Position numbers and translations under genes: made by a program
Shown: piece by piece, positions 28,896 to 42,627 of the stretch
Numbering within the stretch: the stretch's first letter is position 1
Layout of the letters: each line of letters starts with the position of its first letter
The notes under the pieces: generated by a model
Told to the model about the DNA's origin: nothing
The model's database searches: none
What the model saw: the letters and a program-made list of their open reading frames with translations, nothing else
Assembly: GCA_951406725.2 (NCBI GenBank)
Contig: OX597836.1
Span: forward strand, 34,658,001-34,722,000
Source: Octopus vulgaris
Lineage: Eukaryota
Reading direction: 5' to 3'
DNA length: 64,000 bases

Positions 28896-29246
28896 CAGGC
28901 AGGCAGGCAGGCAGGCAGGCAGACAGAGAGACAGACAGACAGACAGATAGATTGATAGACATACAGAAAGACAGGCAGAGAAAGTAATGAGAAACAGACA
29001 GACAGACAGAAACGTTTCATTTCGTCAATAACACGAAAGAGTGGAAGAAGAGTCAAATATATACGTCTTAGAATTAGCCAAACGACTCTGCAATATGTCA
29101 TTCAGCGAAGAATTAGGACAACTAAGAAGCAGATGGTATCGGCATTATTCCAAGTAGACAATTCTTCATCGCATCTTTTAATGCCAGACACAACAATATT
29201 TGGCAATGATGCTTAATTCTTAGCTTCTGAAGACTACCTAGGTGTA

Positions 29247-29290
<44 letters not shown>

Positions 29291-29359
29291 CGCGCACGTA
29301 TAATATGTGTATGTGTATGTGTGTGTATACATATATATACATATATATATATATATATG

Positions 29360-29390
<31 letters not shown>

Positions 29391-29628
29391 TCTTTTATTT
29401 GTTTCAGTCATTTGACAACGGCCATGTCGGAGCACCGCCTGTTAGTCAAACAAAGCGATCTCGGGATATATTCTTTGTAAGCCTAGTACTTATTCTACCG
29501 ATCTCTTTTGCCGAACCTCTAAGTTACGGGGACGTCAGCACGCCAACAACGGTTGTCAAGCGATAGTGTGGGTTGGACAAACACAGGCACACAAACATAA
29601 ATACACACACAAATATATATATGTATAG

Positions 29629-29707
<79 letters not shown>

Positions 29708-30028
29708 CATATATATATTGACCTGCTCGTTTAGCCAGCGGGGTGACGTCATTTGAAGGCTAAAACAATGCGAAGCGCATTGTGACCAACGATGAGTAGC
29801 AACATGTGCTAGCCTGGTCGGTCTCTCGGTGATATATATATATGTATGTATGTATGTATGTATATGACGGGCTTCTTTCAGTTTCCGTCTGCCAAATCCA
29901 CCACAAGGTTTTGGTCGGCCCGAAGTTATAGTAGAAGACACTTGTCCAAGGTGCCACACAGTGGGACTGAGCCCGGAACCATGCTGTTGGTAAGCAAACG
30001 TCTTACCATACAGCCACACCTACGCCTA
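29391..30028 (-). mobile_element. SINE family B with a family E fragment (29718-29833, plus) nested in its internal TA tract
   Basis: B halves at 29391-29600 and 29866-30028; insert CCTGCTCG.TTAGCCAGCG..GCGCATTGTGA also at 44211 and 62135. Confidence 0.85.
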
Positions 30029-30271
30029 TATATAGTGGGTTCAAATTTTACTTGGCACAAGGCCAGTAATAATGGTGGAGGGGTGAAATGGATTGCATCG
30101 ATCCCAGTACGCAACTGGTGCTGATTTTATCGACCCCGAAAGGATGAAAGGTAAAGCCGACTCCGGTGATGTTCGAACTCAGAACGTAACGTCCGAAGAA
30201 ATGGTGCTAAGCATTTCTGCAGTGCGGTAACAATTCTGGCAGCTCACTGCCTTGTTATGTGTGTGCGTATG

Positions 30272-30917
30272 TGTGTGTGTTTGTGTGTGTATGAGTCTGT
30301 ATGTGTGTATGAGTCTGTATGTGGGTGTATGAGTCTCTATGTGTGTGTGTGTGTTTGTGTGTGTATGAGTCTGTATGTGTGTATGAGTCTGTATGTGGGT
30401 GTATGAGTCTCTATGTGTGTGTGTGTGTGTGTGTGTTTGTGTGTGTATGAGTCTCTATGTGTGTGTGTGTGTGTTTGTGTGTGTATGAGTCTGTATGTGT
30501 GTATGAGTCTGTATGTGGGTGTATGAGTCTCTATGTGTGTGTGTGTGTGTGTTTGTGTGTGTATGAGTCTCTATGTGTGTGTGTGTGTGTTTGTGTGTGT
30601 ATGAGTCTGTATGTGTGTATGAGTCTGTATGTGGGTGTATGAGTCTCTATGTGTGTGTGTGTGTGTTTGTGTGTGTATGAGTCTGTATGTGGGTGTATGA
30701 GTCTCTATGTGTGTGTGTGTTTGTGTGTGTATGAGTCTGTATGTGTGTATGAGTCTGTATGTGGGTGTATGAGTCTCTATGTGTGTGTTTGTGTTTGTGT
30801 GTGTGTGTGTATGAGTCTGTATGTGTGTATGAGTCTGTATGTGGGTGTATGAGTCTCTATGTGTGTGTGTGTGTGTTTGTGTGTGTATGAGTCTGTATGT
30901 GGGTTTATGAATCTCTA

Positions 30918-30950
<33 letters not shown>

Positions 30951-31310
30951 GTATGTATGTGTGTATGAGTCTGTATGTGTGTGTGTGTGTGTTTGTGTGT
31001 GTATGAGTCTGTATGTGTGTATGAGTCTGTATGTGGGTGTATGAGTCTCTATGTGTGTGTGTGTGTTTGTGTGTGTATGAGTCTGTATGTGTGTATGAGT
31101 CTGTATGTGGGTGTATGAGTCTCTATGTGTGTGTGTGTGTGTTTGTGTGTGTATGAGTCTGTATGTGTGTATGAGTCTGTATGTGTGTATGAGTCTGTAT
31201 GTGGGTGTATGAATCTCTATGTGTGTGTGTTTGAGTGTGTGTGTGTGTGTATGTATGTGTGTATGAGTCTGTATGTGGGTGTATGAGTCTCTGTGTGTGT
31301 GTGTGTTTGT
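30272..31310. repeat. GT-derived minisatellite, variable unit of about 60-80 bp
   Basis: (GT)nTT(GT)nATGAGTCTGTATGTGTGTATGAGTCTGTATGTGGGTGTATGAGTCTCTAT repeated more than ten times. Confidence 0.95.
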
Positions 31311-31390
31311 GTGTTTATGTGTGTGTGTATGTGTGTGTATGTGTGATTATATACATATATAAATATGTATTGCCAGAGCGCATGGTCTAG

Positions 31391-31600
31391 GGGCTAAACA
31401 CAGAGGGGACAAACAAGGACAGACAAAGGGATTAAGTCGATTACATCGACCCCAGTGCGTAACTGGTACTTAATTTATCGACCCCGAAAGGATGAAAGGC
31501 AAAGTCGACCTCGGCGGAATTTGAACTCGGAACGTAACGACAGACGAAATACGGCTACGCAGGTCGCCCGGCGTGCTAACGGTTCTGCCAGCTCGCCACC
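31391..31600 (-). mobile_element. SINE family A monomer with a 41-bp flanking direct repeat
   Basis: 31350-31390 equals 31603-31643 with one mismatch; inserted at the head of a family C SINE (31630-31760, plus). Confidence 0.9.
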
Positions 31601-31884
31601 TTTATACATATATAAATATGTATTGCGAGAGCGCATGGTCTAGTGGTTAGAGTGTTGCACTCACGATGGTGAGATCATGGTTTCAATTCCTCGACCAGGT
31701 GGTGGTGAGTAGTGCTCTTCAGCAAAACACTTCATCTCACGTTGATCTTTCCCATCACTTCGACACCTGACGAGTGGTATACTGTGCACCTGTTAAGAGC
31801 TAACGTACAACACATAAGATTTGATTACTATAAAAATATATATACACAAGTATACGTGTGTTTAGAGAAAGCGAGACGTGAGAA

Positions 31885-32038
31885 GTGTACAGCAGGGATC
31901 ACCACCATCCCTGCCGGAGCGTCGTGGAGCTTTAGGTGTTTTCGCTCAATAAACACTAACAACGCCCGGTCCGGGAATCGAAACCGCGATCCTACGACCG
32001 CGAATCCGCTGCCCTAACCACTGGGCCATTGCGCCTCC
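31885..32038 (-). mobile_element. SINE family D head
   Basis: Minus strand GGAGGCGCAATGGCCCAGTGGTTAGGGCAGCGG..GGTTTCGATTCCC. Confidence 0.88.
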
Positions 32039-32144
32039 TCGTATAGAAGTATATCAAATACCATAGAGCATTCATTCTTGGTTTATTAAAATTATCTCTG
32101 CTACTCGAGAATGCGTGATAATTGCGAAATGGCAATTAGGACCA

Positions 32145-32462
32145 GCTCCATATGAAGAGGGGAGATAATCTCAAGGATCAATAATTTCACCAAAGAAGAC
32201 CTTCAGGAAATGACAAGCTCATTTTCTGAAGATAAGAGAACAGTTATGAGTACCTGTTTCTGGCTCATTAGGCGTTACTAGCACAGCATGTATGTATGTA
32301 TGTATGTATGTATGTATGTATGTATGTATGTATGTATGTATGTATGTATGTATGTATGTATTTATGTATGCATGTATGTATGTATGTGTGTGTGTATGTA
32401 TGTATGTACGTATGTATGTACGTATGTATGTATGTATGTATGTACGTATGTATGTAGGTGTG

Positions 32463-32496
<34 letters not shown>

Positions 32497-32820
32497 TGTA
32501 TGTATGTATGTGTGTGTATGTATGTATGTATGCATGCATGTATGTATGTGTGTGAGTGTATGTATGTATGCATGCATGTATGTATGCATGCTCCATATGA
32601 AGAGGGGAGATAATCTCAAGGATCAATAATTTCACCAAAGTAGACCTTCAGGAAATGACAAGCTCATTTTCTGAAGATAAGAAAGCAGTTATGAGTACCT
32701 GTTTCTGGCTCATTAGGCGTTACTAGCACAGCATGTATGCATGTATGTATGTATGTATGTATGTATGTATGTATGTATGTATGTATGTATGTATGTATGT
32801 ATGTATGTATGTATATGTAT
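32145..32820. repeat. Local tandem duplication with 445-bp period (about 145 bp unique plus (TATG)n)
   Basis: 32145-32294 is near-identical to 32590-32739. Confidence 0.9.
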
Positions 32821-33175
32821 ATGAATGTATATGTACGTCATTATGAAATATATACGTGTTGTGTGTTTGTGTGTGTGTGTGTGTGTGTGCGTAGATAGAC
32901 GGATATGTAGGTAGACAATAATATGTCTGCGCGTGCAAGTGTGTACATCGACCCCAGTGCTCAACCGGTACCTATTTTATCGACCCCGAAAGGATGAAAA
33001 GTGAAATCGATTTCGACGGACTCTGAGCTTAGAACGTTAAGACGGTTGAAATGCCGCTAAGCATTCTGCCCAGCGTGTTACTGATTCTGCCACCGTCTTG
33101 TAAAGGAAAACTATTATTGATAAAAATGATGAAATTAATAAGATGATAATGATGATAACATCAATTATTTCATAA

Positions 33176-33720
33176 GGCGGCGAGCTGGCAGAATTGTTAA
33201 CACGCCGGGCGAAATGCTTAGCGATATTTCGTCTGCCGCTACGTTCTGAGTTCAAATTCCGCCGAGGTCGACTTTGCCTTTCATCCTTTCGAGGTCGATT
33301 AAATAAGTACCAGTTACGCACTGGGGTCGATATAATCGACTTAATCCGTTTGTCTGTCCTTGTATGTCCTCTCTGTGTTTAGCTCCTTGTAGGTAGTAAA
33401 GAAATAGGTATTTCGTCTGCCTTTACGTTGTGAGTTCAAATTCCGCCGAGGTCGACTTTGCCTTTCATCCTTTCGAGGTCGATTAAATAAGTACCAGTTA
33501 CGCACTGGGGTCGATGTAATCAACTTAATCCGTTTGTCTGTCCTTGTTTGTCCCCTCTATGTTTAGCCCCTTGTGGGTAGTAACGGAATAGGTATTTCGT
33601 CTGTCGATACGTTCTGAGTTCAACTTCTCCTGAGGTCGACTTTGGCTTTCATTCTTTCGGGGTCCATAAAATAAGTACCACTTAAACACTGCCGGGGGTG
33701 GGGTCGATGTAATTGACTTA
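33176..33720 (+). mobile_element. SINE family A trimer with tRNA-like head
   Basis: Head GGCGGCGAGCTGGCAGAA; TATTTCGTCTG at 33225, 33409 and 33593 (period 184); third unit more diverged. Confidence 0.92.
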
Positions 33721-34539
33721 CCCCCACAAAATTGCTGGCCTTGTACAAAAAATGTGAAACTAATAATAATGGTTTTAAATATTGACCGAACATCATCAAT
33801 TTTAGTGGGAGGATGTTAGTTGATTAAATCGACCCCTGTACTCAACTGGTACTTACTTTATCGACCCAAAAAGAATAAAAGGCAGTACTTGAACTCAGGA
33901 TGTAAAAAGCCGGAAGAAATGCCGTTAAGCATTTTGTCCGACGTGCTTTACCACTCAACCAACCCGCTGGCCTGTGTAATACATTTTTTATTTCTACTGT
34001 AGGCAAAAGGCCCGAAGTTTTGAATAGAAGGGGTTAATTGATTACACTAAAAACTGTTGCTTGAGTCCTCGTAACTCGGCGGTTCGACAAAAGAGATCGG
34101 GGCTGGAAACAAAGTAAGTACTGGGGCCGATTTGCTCGACTGAACCAAAGGTTTTCAGGCGGGGTCCGTATAGCCCTTATGGGGCCATATAAGATCTTGT
34201 TGTCAAAGTTTTTGTGCAATAAAATCGGTTATACTTCTGCATTGCACAAAATATTTCAACAATTCTTTTTATACAGTTCCTATGGATATTTAATTATAAA
34301 AGTATAATGAATATAATTATAAAAATATCATTAATATAATGGGATTTTTTAACAAAAAATTGAAAGAGGATGAGGGTACAGTAGAGTAAAATAGGACTCA
34401 GGGTGGGGTCTATAGTCAAGAAAATGGTTGAGAAACTTTTGATTTGACCCATCAAGGTGGTACCCCAGCATGGCCACACCCCAATGACAAACAAATGGTA
34501 AAAGACATATGAACACTCTGACATATGAACAAAGCACAC

Positions 34540-34652
34540 AAACACACACACCACACACACACACACACACACACGCATACACACACACACACACAAGCAC
34601 ACACGCATACACACACACACAAACACACACGCATACACACACACACACGCAT

Positions 34653-34692
<40 letters not shown>

Positions 34693-34727
34693 ACACACAC
34701 GCATACACACACACACAAACACACACG

Positions 34728-34764
<37 letters not shown>

Positions 34765-34807
34765 ACACACAAACACACACGCATACACACACACACACAC
34801 ACACACG

Positions 34808-34856
<49 letters not shown>

Positions 34857-35364
34857 ACGCATACACACACACACAAACACACACGCATACACACACACAC
34901 AAACACACACGCACACACACACACACACACAAACATACACGCATACATACACACAAACACACACGCATACACACACATACACACACACACACACAAGCAG
35001 AAAGACAGACATACAAATCATATACCCAAACATACACTTATCCAACAACACCAACATACTCACTCACACACACATAAACACACATACACACACACACACA
35101 AACACGCACACACACACACACACACACACAAAGACAGACATACAAATCATATACCCAAACATACACTTATCCAACATACTCACTCACACATAAACACACA
35201 TACACACACACACAAACACACACACACTCACACACACACACACACACACAAAAGACAGACACACAAATCATATACCGAAAGAAATATGCGCTCAGAAACA
35301 CAACGCACACACAGACACTTCTCCAACAACGCAAGCATACGCACAAACATATATGCGCGCGCAG

Positions 35365-35430
<66 letters not shown>
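34540..35430. repeat. CA-derived array with internal duplications
   Basis: AAAGACAGACA(T/C)ACAAATCATATACC at about 35001, 35130 and 35250. Confidence 0.9.
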
Positions 35431-35435
<5 letters not shown>

Positions 35436-35774
35436 GGAGAAGGGAAAAACACACACTTCCAAAACCTCTTCTCTTTATCAAAATCCAATCTATCACACTT
35501 GACAACGTCTCAGTCCAGGAAATAATGCTTCAAGATTGAGATTATAAAGTGATTCATGTACACACACACACACAGAGAGATGTGTGGCTATGTGTGTGTG
35601 TATACATAAAATGCAATATGAAAAACGGCATACTACAAGGTGTGTACCCAAATTTTAAATTATTTCATATGTAATGCATACAAATCTATGCAAATATATG
35701 TACACATACACACATGCACAGATACATACAGACACATATGTTCATGCGTGTGTGTGTGTGTGCATACGTTGATT

Positions 35775-35972
35775 CGTTAGCTACTGCACGCATTTTTTTT
35801 CTCTCCTTCTTTCTGTGTTTTTTTTCTCTCTGTGTACCTTTCTGTTGAAGAGCGTAGGCTCGAAACGTTAACGACTTGTTTTATTTATATTTCCTGAGCG
35901 CCATACTAATACAATTGTTCGTTTGTTTTCCACCTGCCTTCGTCTTTTGTCTATTTTCATAAAGCTTCCCGT
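35775..35972 (+). mobile_element. Family P2 pLTR-like fragment with minimal hammerhead-like motif
   Basis: CTGTTGA-AGAGC-GTAG-GCTC-GAAACGTT at 35842-35869; ends at (TA)n. Confidence 0.6.
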
Positions 35973-36011
35973 TATATATATATATATATATACACATACA
36001 CACACACACAC

Positions 36012-36065
<54 letters not shown>

Positions 36066-36100
36066 ACATGCATCGACATACGTACATCTAATTGTAATTG

Positions 36101-36432
36101 TGGAAGCGCAATGGCCCAGTGGTTAGGGCAGCGGGCTCGCGGTCGGAGGATCGCGGTTTCGATTCCCAGACCGGGCGTTGTGCGTGTTAATTGAGCGAAA
36201 ACACCTAGAAGCTCCACGAAGCTCCGGCAGGGGGTAGTGGCGACCCCTGTTGTACTCTTTCGCCACAACTTTCCCTCACTCTCTCTTCTTCCTGTTTCTT
36301 GAGTAACGCTGCGATGGACTGGCGTCCCGTCCAGCTGGTGGGGAGGGGAATACATGCGCCTACAGAAACCGGGAAACTGGGCCCATGAGCCTGGCTAGGC
36401 TGGAAATGGGCGCATAAATAAAAAAAAAGAAA
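36101..36432 (+). mobile_element. Full-length SINE family D with V-like 3' module and A tail
   Basis: A box TGGCCCAGTGG, B box GGTTTCGATTCC, GCGATGGACTGGCGTCCCGTCCAG, ending GCGCATAAATAAAAAAAA. Confidence 0.9.
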
Positions 36433-36512
36433 AAAGATAATTGTAATTAACGAAAATTCAACCGGCAGAGAGCTTCCCGCCATTCTCTTTGATTTTTTTT
36501 ACTCCCTGTGCC

Positions 36513-36566
<54 letters not shown>

Positions 36567-37065
36567 ATGTGTGTGAGTGTGTGTGTAATCTACAAAAAGT
36601 CAGGAGGTATGAGAGATGAATATATCTATTTAACAACTTGACAATCATGGGATTACAGCCGTTTCGCAGCCTTCCTTATAGAAGAGTAACGTCAATGTAG
36701 AATAAAATTATGTTTCCATGCGTGCATTAATATGCATGCTGTGCATTATACAACACAGCTGCATATTCACAAAACTGAGCATTCGCAAATGACGAATGCT
36801 AGATCGTCAGATCACCAGAACACATTGTTATGCCAATGATTCAAGTCTGTCAGTATGTCTGTATGTCTGTCTGTCTGGCTGTCTGTCTGTATGTATGTAT
36901 GTATGTATGTATAGTAGTAGTAGTTGTTGTAGCAGCAGCAGCAATAGTAGTAGTAAGACGAGGAGGAGGTGGGAGGAGGGGTGGAGGAAGAGGGTGATGG
37001 AGGAGGAGGAAGAGCAGTAGTCGTGGTGGTGGTGGTGGTGGTGGTAATGGCAGTGGTAGCAGTAA

Positions 37066-37096
<31 letters not shown>

Positions 37097-37352
37097 TGTT
37101 GTTGTTGTTGTTGTTGTTGTTGTTATGATGGTGGTGGTGGTGGTGGTAGAGGTGGTGGTGGTAGAGATGGTGGTGGTAGTAGTAGTAGTAATATTAGTAG
37201 TAGAAGTAGTAACAAAACTGAATATCGTCTGTCGAGTCAGAATAGCTCTATAAATCACCCCCACCCGAAAAAAAACCAGAGAAATAAAAAATAAACAAAA
37301 ACTCAAAAACCAAACACAAAAACACCCTGTAGCTTCTATGTCAGCATTTTGC

Positions 37353-37386
<34 letters not shown>

Positions 37387-37752
37387 GCTGTTGCTGTTGT
37401 TGTTCTTGTTGTTGCAAGGACATCTTAAGTGGTTCACAGATAACGGGTAAGTGAGTAAAGGGTGAGGTGTGCGGTGAGTGGGAAATGATGGGGTGGGAGT
37501 GGCGAGGTCGGCGGTGGGTGGTAGTGGTGGTGGTGGTGGTGGTGGTGGTGGTGGTAGTGGTGGTGGTGGTGGTAGTGGTGGTGTTGGTGTTGGGGATGGT
37601 GAGGCATGATGAACGTACGGGCAGGATGCGGGTATAGATCATGTGAGCCAATAAATATATTTCCCAGCTTTCAAATGATCTATGGATATTTATGTGTAGG
37701 TCGGCATTTGTCACTTACCTGGAAAGCTGAGAATACAAGTGTACGTACCTAA

Positions 37753-37793
<41 letters not shown>

Positions 37794-37815
37794 AGACCAA
37801 AGTGTACGTACGCCG

Positions 37816-37872
<57 letters not shown>

Positions 37873-37894
37873 AGACCAAAGTGTACGTACGCCG

Positions 37895-37943
<49 letters not shown>

Positions 37944-38049
37944 TAAAGTACAAAATGGGACAAGAACGTTATATATGAGAAAGAGAGATTTATATTATAT
38001 ATGTACATGTATACATACATACATACATACATAAATACATACATACATA

Positions 38050-38377
38050 CATTATGGCTGCCTCCTCGTTATCGAGTATGGCCATTGCACGAAGCTTAGC
38101 TGTTACTAGTGCTGTGATCGAATGTGACTTTTTAGCCCAGCTAAAGATCTACAATGTCTTGTACAAAATTGGCGACTAATACCTTTACCGGTAATAGCCG
38201 GCTGTAGTTGTAACTGGGTTTCATGTACCTTTGCATGTTGTTTAAGTCCTCCTGCTGAATTACACTCTCTTCCACCAGCCTGACAGATATGATTAGTATG
38301 GTGTGTTACACCACCACCAGTGGCCAGGTTGTCACTCATCTGTCTTGTTTTATGACTACGAAGATGACTCTTGATGA
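38050..38377 (-). mobile_element. 3' end of an RTE/BovB-type LINE with tandem C2H2-like motifs
   Basis: KSHLRSH, ICQAGGRECNSAGGLKQHAKVH and FCTRHCRSLAGLKSHIRSQH*; short 3' UTR ending CTCGATAACGAGGAGGCAGCCATAATG then (TATG)n. Confidence 0.7.
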
Positions 38378-38387
38378 CATACATACA

Positions 38388-38420
<33 letters not shown>

Positions 38421-38427
38421 GTATGTA

Positions 38428-38530
38428 TGGCATTGTTCAGTTTCAAGATTTCATGCCAATAGAGAAAGAACCGGTTTCTAACCTACATCCAAGGCCCCTT
38501 CATTGGAATTTCAACATCATCAATAGGGTA
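38428..38530 (-). mobile_element. 3' UTR fragment of an R4/Dong-like LINE within (CATA)n
   Basis: Minus-strand 3' end AACAATGC joins CATACATAC; homologous to 14922 and 42830. Confidence 0.6.
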
Positions 38531-38590
38531 ATTTTGTTTCTTTGTATGTATGTATGTATGTATGTATGTATGTATGTATGTATGTATGTA

Positions 38591-38621
<31 letters not shown>

Positions 38622-39256
38622 ATGTATGTATGTATGTATGTGTGTGTGTATGTATGTATGTATGTATGTATGTATGTATGTATGTATGTATGTATGTATG
38701 TATGTATGTATGTATGTATGTATGTATGTTTGATTTCTACAGTGAGGTTATAAGCTGACAAAGTGAGTTGAGTTTAACCGAAGGTGCCAGTAAGAGCTTC
38801 TGATGAATATTGATGTAAATACGAAATCACTGGTGATCTGGCTATGCCCGGAGCTTAGGGAGCTTTCCTCCCTTGTCAGGTAATAAGCTGTTGTCTTATT
38901 GTGGCTTTGATACCGCGTTAACAAAGTTTAGAATTGGAACTATTGAAAAGTAAAAATGTTGCATTATGTGGCTTGTTATTCTCTTTAAGTGAAGATTTTT
39001 CTGGTTGAAATACACCGAATATTGGCGAAACAGCAGTCAAAAATTCGTAAAAAATTGGGATCTTCATAGAAAAAAAGCACCTTTTTGAAGTAAATAATTT
39101 TTGATCGGAACATGGTCCGATTTGAATTTTTCTTCTACGGAATGAAGAGCAAGCCTTCTTCTATCATAATCTCAATTTTGGTCAACTTGCGCCGCAGGGT
39201 CTCGAAGGAGATAGTGTTAGTTGAAGGCTACCAAACCTGCCACACACAAACACACA

Positions 39257-39313
<57 letters not shown>

Positions 39314-39324
39314 CTTCCGCTTTG

Positions 39325-39611
39325 CCTTTTGCGGGAAGGAATGTTTCAATGAAGTCGTGTCTCGCCTTTACCTTCGAAACGCGGAGTAGATGAAACAGAG
39401 GCGACTGAAGAAGGGGATTTTTTTTCTCTATTTTTTCGTTGTTTAAGAAAAATGTCAATTTCCTTGGTTTTGTGTTTATGTTTTTGTTTCTCATTGTGTT
39501 CGACGTTTTTTTTTTTGTGTCCTGTACCCATATATGCATGTATATATACATATAGAGTAGGTACGTACATATATGTATGTATATATGCATATGTTTTATC
39601 TATTAATTTGT

Positions 39612-39620
<9 letters not shown>
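39325..39620. mobile_element. Family P3 repeat (Penelope-pLTR-like)
   Basis: Highly similar to 61275-61583; ends at (TA)n. Confidence 0.75.
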
Positions 39621-39698
<78 letters not shown>

Positions 39699-39721
39699 CA
39701 GAGGAAGACAGATACAGCCGA

Positions 39722-39765
<44 letters not shown>

Positions 39766-39876
39766 CGAGACAGACATTCACAGACAGACATAGAATCATT
39801 GACACACAGAGAAACAGAGAGAGAGAGAGGTGATGGAAAGGAGAGAATCGCCGAGACACACAGACAGCTAGATACC

Positions 39877-39909
<33 letters not shown>

Positions 39910-40184
39910 GGCAGGCAGGCAGGCAGAGAGATAGACAGCTAGATACCAGACAGATAAATGACAAACAAACAGATTTGAAGAAACTAATGATCGATAAAAA
40001 GGAGATTGGCTGACATTAAAAAGGTGTAAATTCTAATAAAATGTTGCATTAGCAAGCAGTGTTCTGTCTCATAAATAATACGAAGTGCATATTACCTTCT
40101 GCAACTGTAATGTAGAATTTATTGCAATCGCAGTTATTATTTGCAGAAAGATGCAACCTGGAATGAACTGCGACGTAGTCATAT

Positions 40185-40247
<63 letters not shown>

Positions 40248-40253
40248 GTATGT

Positions 40254-40373
<120 letters not shown>

Positions 40374-40606
40374 GGTAGGTAGGTATATATGCATATGTAT
40401 ATATGTATACATAGATGCATAAATATAATTTTTATAAATACATATATATATAAGTACATACATAAATATATATGTATATATATATATGTGTGTATGTGTG
40501 CGTGTATGTATACATATGCGTGTATATATGTATATGTGTATGAGTATGTATGTATGAATGTATATCTGCAAGTGTGTATGTAGCTATATATGTATGTATA
40601 TGTATG

Positions 40607-40641
<35 letters not shown>

Positions 40642-40725
40642 GTATGTATATTTTTCTATATATGCATAAATATTGTACATAAACGCACATCCATACATGC
40701 ATACACACATATGTATATGTATATA

Positions 40726-40775
<50 letters not shown>

Positions 40776-40839
40776 AATACATATATATATACATATATAC
40801 ATAAACATGTATATTTAACTTTGCGTATGTGTGCATATG

Positions 40840-40879
<40 letters not shown>

Positions 40880-41284
40880 ATATATGTATGTGTATGTATG
40901 TATATATGTATGTGTATGTATGTATGTATGTATGTATGTCTGTATGTATGTATGTATGTATGTATGTATGTATATAGTGTGTATGTGTGTGCATGTTGTA
41001 AACGCTGTATCTATTAATCTATGTATTTGAATTATTCTCTCCCCCCCCCGTTGATGTAATAGCAGCTTTTCTTGTTGTTGTTTTCTTCTTTTGTTTTGGT
41101 TCCGTTTGTTTGTTTTGTCTTTTGTTTTTTTCTTTCTTTTGTACTTTCTCAGACAGTTCTTCAGTCTTATTCTTACCATTTATAGTTTCGGTTTCAATCG
41201 GGATTTTTTTTCTTTCGCAGTTTCCGCTCATTTGTTTGGTCTTTTTTTTTTTTTTTTTTGCTTTTTATATTTCTTCTCCGTCTT

Positions 41285-41617
41285 AGTTGTTGTTGTTGTT
41301 GTTGTTGTTGTTCTGGTGGTGGTGGTGGTGGTGGTGGTGGTGGTAGTGGTGGTGATGGTCGTCGTCGTCCTCATCGTCATCAACTTCGTCGTCGTCATCT
41401 CTGTTGTCGTCGTCGTCGCCGTCATCCTCCTCATTGACATCGTCATCAATATCAACGTCATCAGCTTCATCACCATCATGATCCTTATCAACACCTCCGT
41501 CAGCATCATAATCATCATTAGCAGCAGCACCTAATCATCATCGTGGTCATCATCCTCATCCTCCTCCTGCTCATCATCATCATCATGATCATCATCATCA
41601 TCATCATCATCATCATC

Positions 41618-41663
<46 letters not shown>

Positions 41664-41790
41664 GCATCATCATCATCATCATCATTATCATCCTCACCAT
41701 CTTCATCATCATCATCATCATCCGCATCATCATCATCATCATCCCCATCATCATCATCATCATCATCATCATCTTTCCAATCATCATTAA
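41285..41790. repeat. GTT/GGT/CAT trinucleotide array
   Basis: Seen directly. Confidence 0.9.
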
Positions 41791-42182
41791 CACTTTTCTA
41801 AATCAAACTAATTGTACCCCCTCAAAACAGATTTGTAGGGGGTGGGGCTCATGTGAGAGAAGGCTTGCAAAATACCAAGAGCAAATGGAAGCAGAGCACG
41901 AGTTAATGGTGATGGGTGCGTCGGGAGCCAACTGAAGTAGTTTGCCGGGATTTTCTAGGACGACCATTCTGTAATCATATAGTCTTTCGAGAGAAGGTAA
42001 ACAAACGCTTAGTGGCAATTGTATCCGAATACGAACAGGAAGTGGGGAGACTACCTCAAGAATCAAAAATTCCTTTGAAATTGGGATGCTATCAAGAAAG
42101 AGATACTTTTCTTGGAGACTAGATGAGAGTTGTGGACGTATATTTTTGCTTTCATATATGTCACCAGCATGCATATACACAC

Positions 42183-42219
<37 letters not shown>

Positions 42220-42577
42220 GACAAAATATATCCTCACATACACGCGCGAAGTTAGCGACGAAATCTTCGAAGAAAAATTCAAATAGATCTGAAACAGAAA
42301 CATACATACATGCGTACATACATACATACATACATACATACATACATACATACATACATACATACATACATACATACACACACACATACATACATACATA
42401 CATACATACATACATACATACATACATACATACATACATACATGCATACATACATACATACATGCACACATACATACATACACACATATATACATACATA
42501 CATACATACATATATACATACATACATACATACATACTTACATACATACATATATACATACATACATACATACATAC

Positions 42578-42608
<31 letters not shown>

Positions 42609-42627
42609 CATACATACATACATACAT

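Noticed and set aside
30272-31310. CRISPR-like repeat-spacer array
   Set aside because: Eukaryotic context, spacers are only (GT)n variants, and there are no cas genes.
36101-36175. tRNA gene
   Set aside because: A and B boxes are present but there is no complete acceptor stem or terminator, and it continues into a SINE body found at several loci.
41800-42130. Unique-looking segment with a 68-aa ORF
   Set aside because: No recognisable domain and no convincing splice sites.
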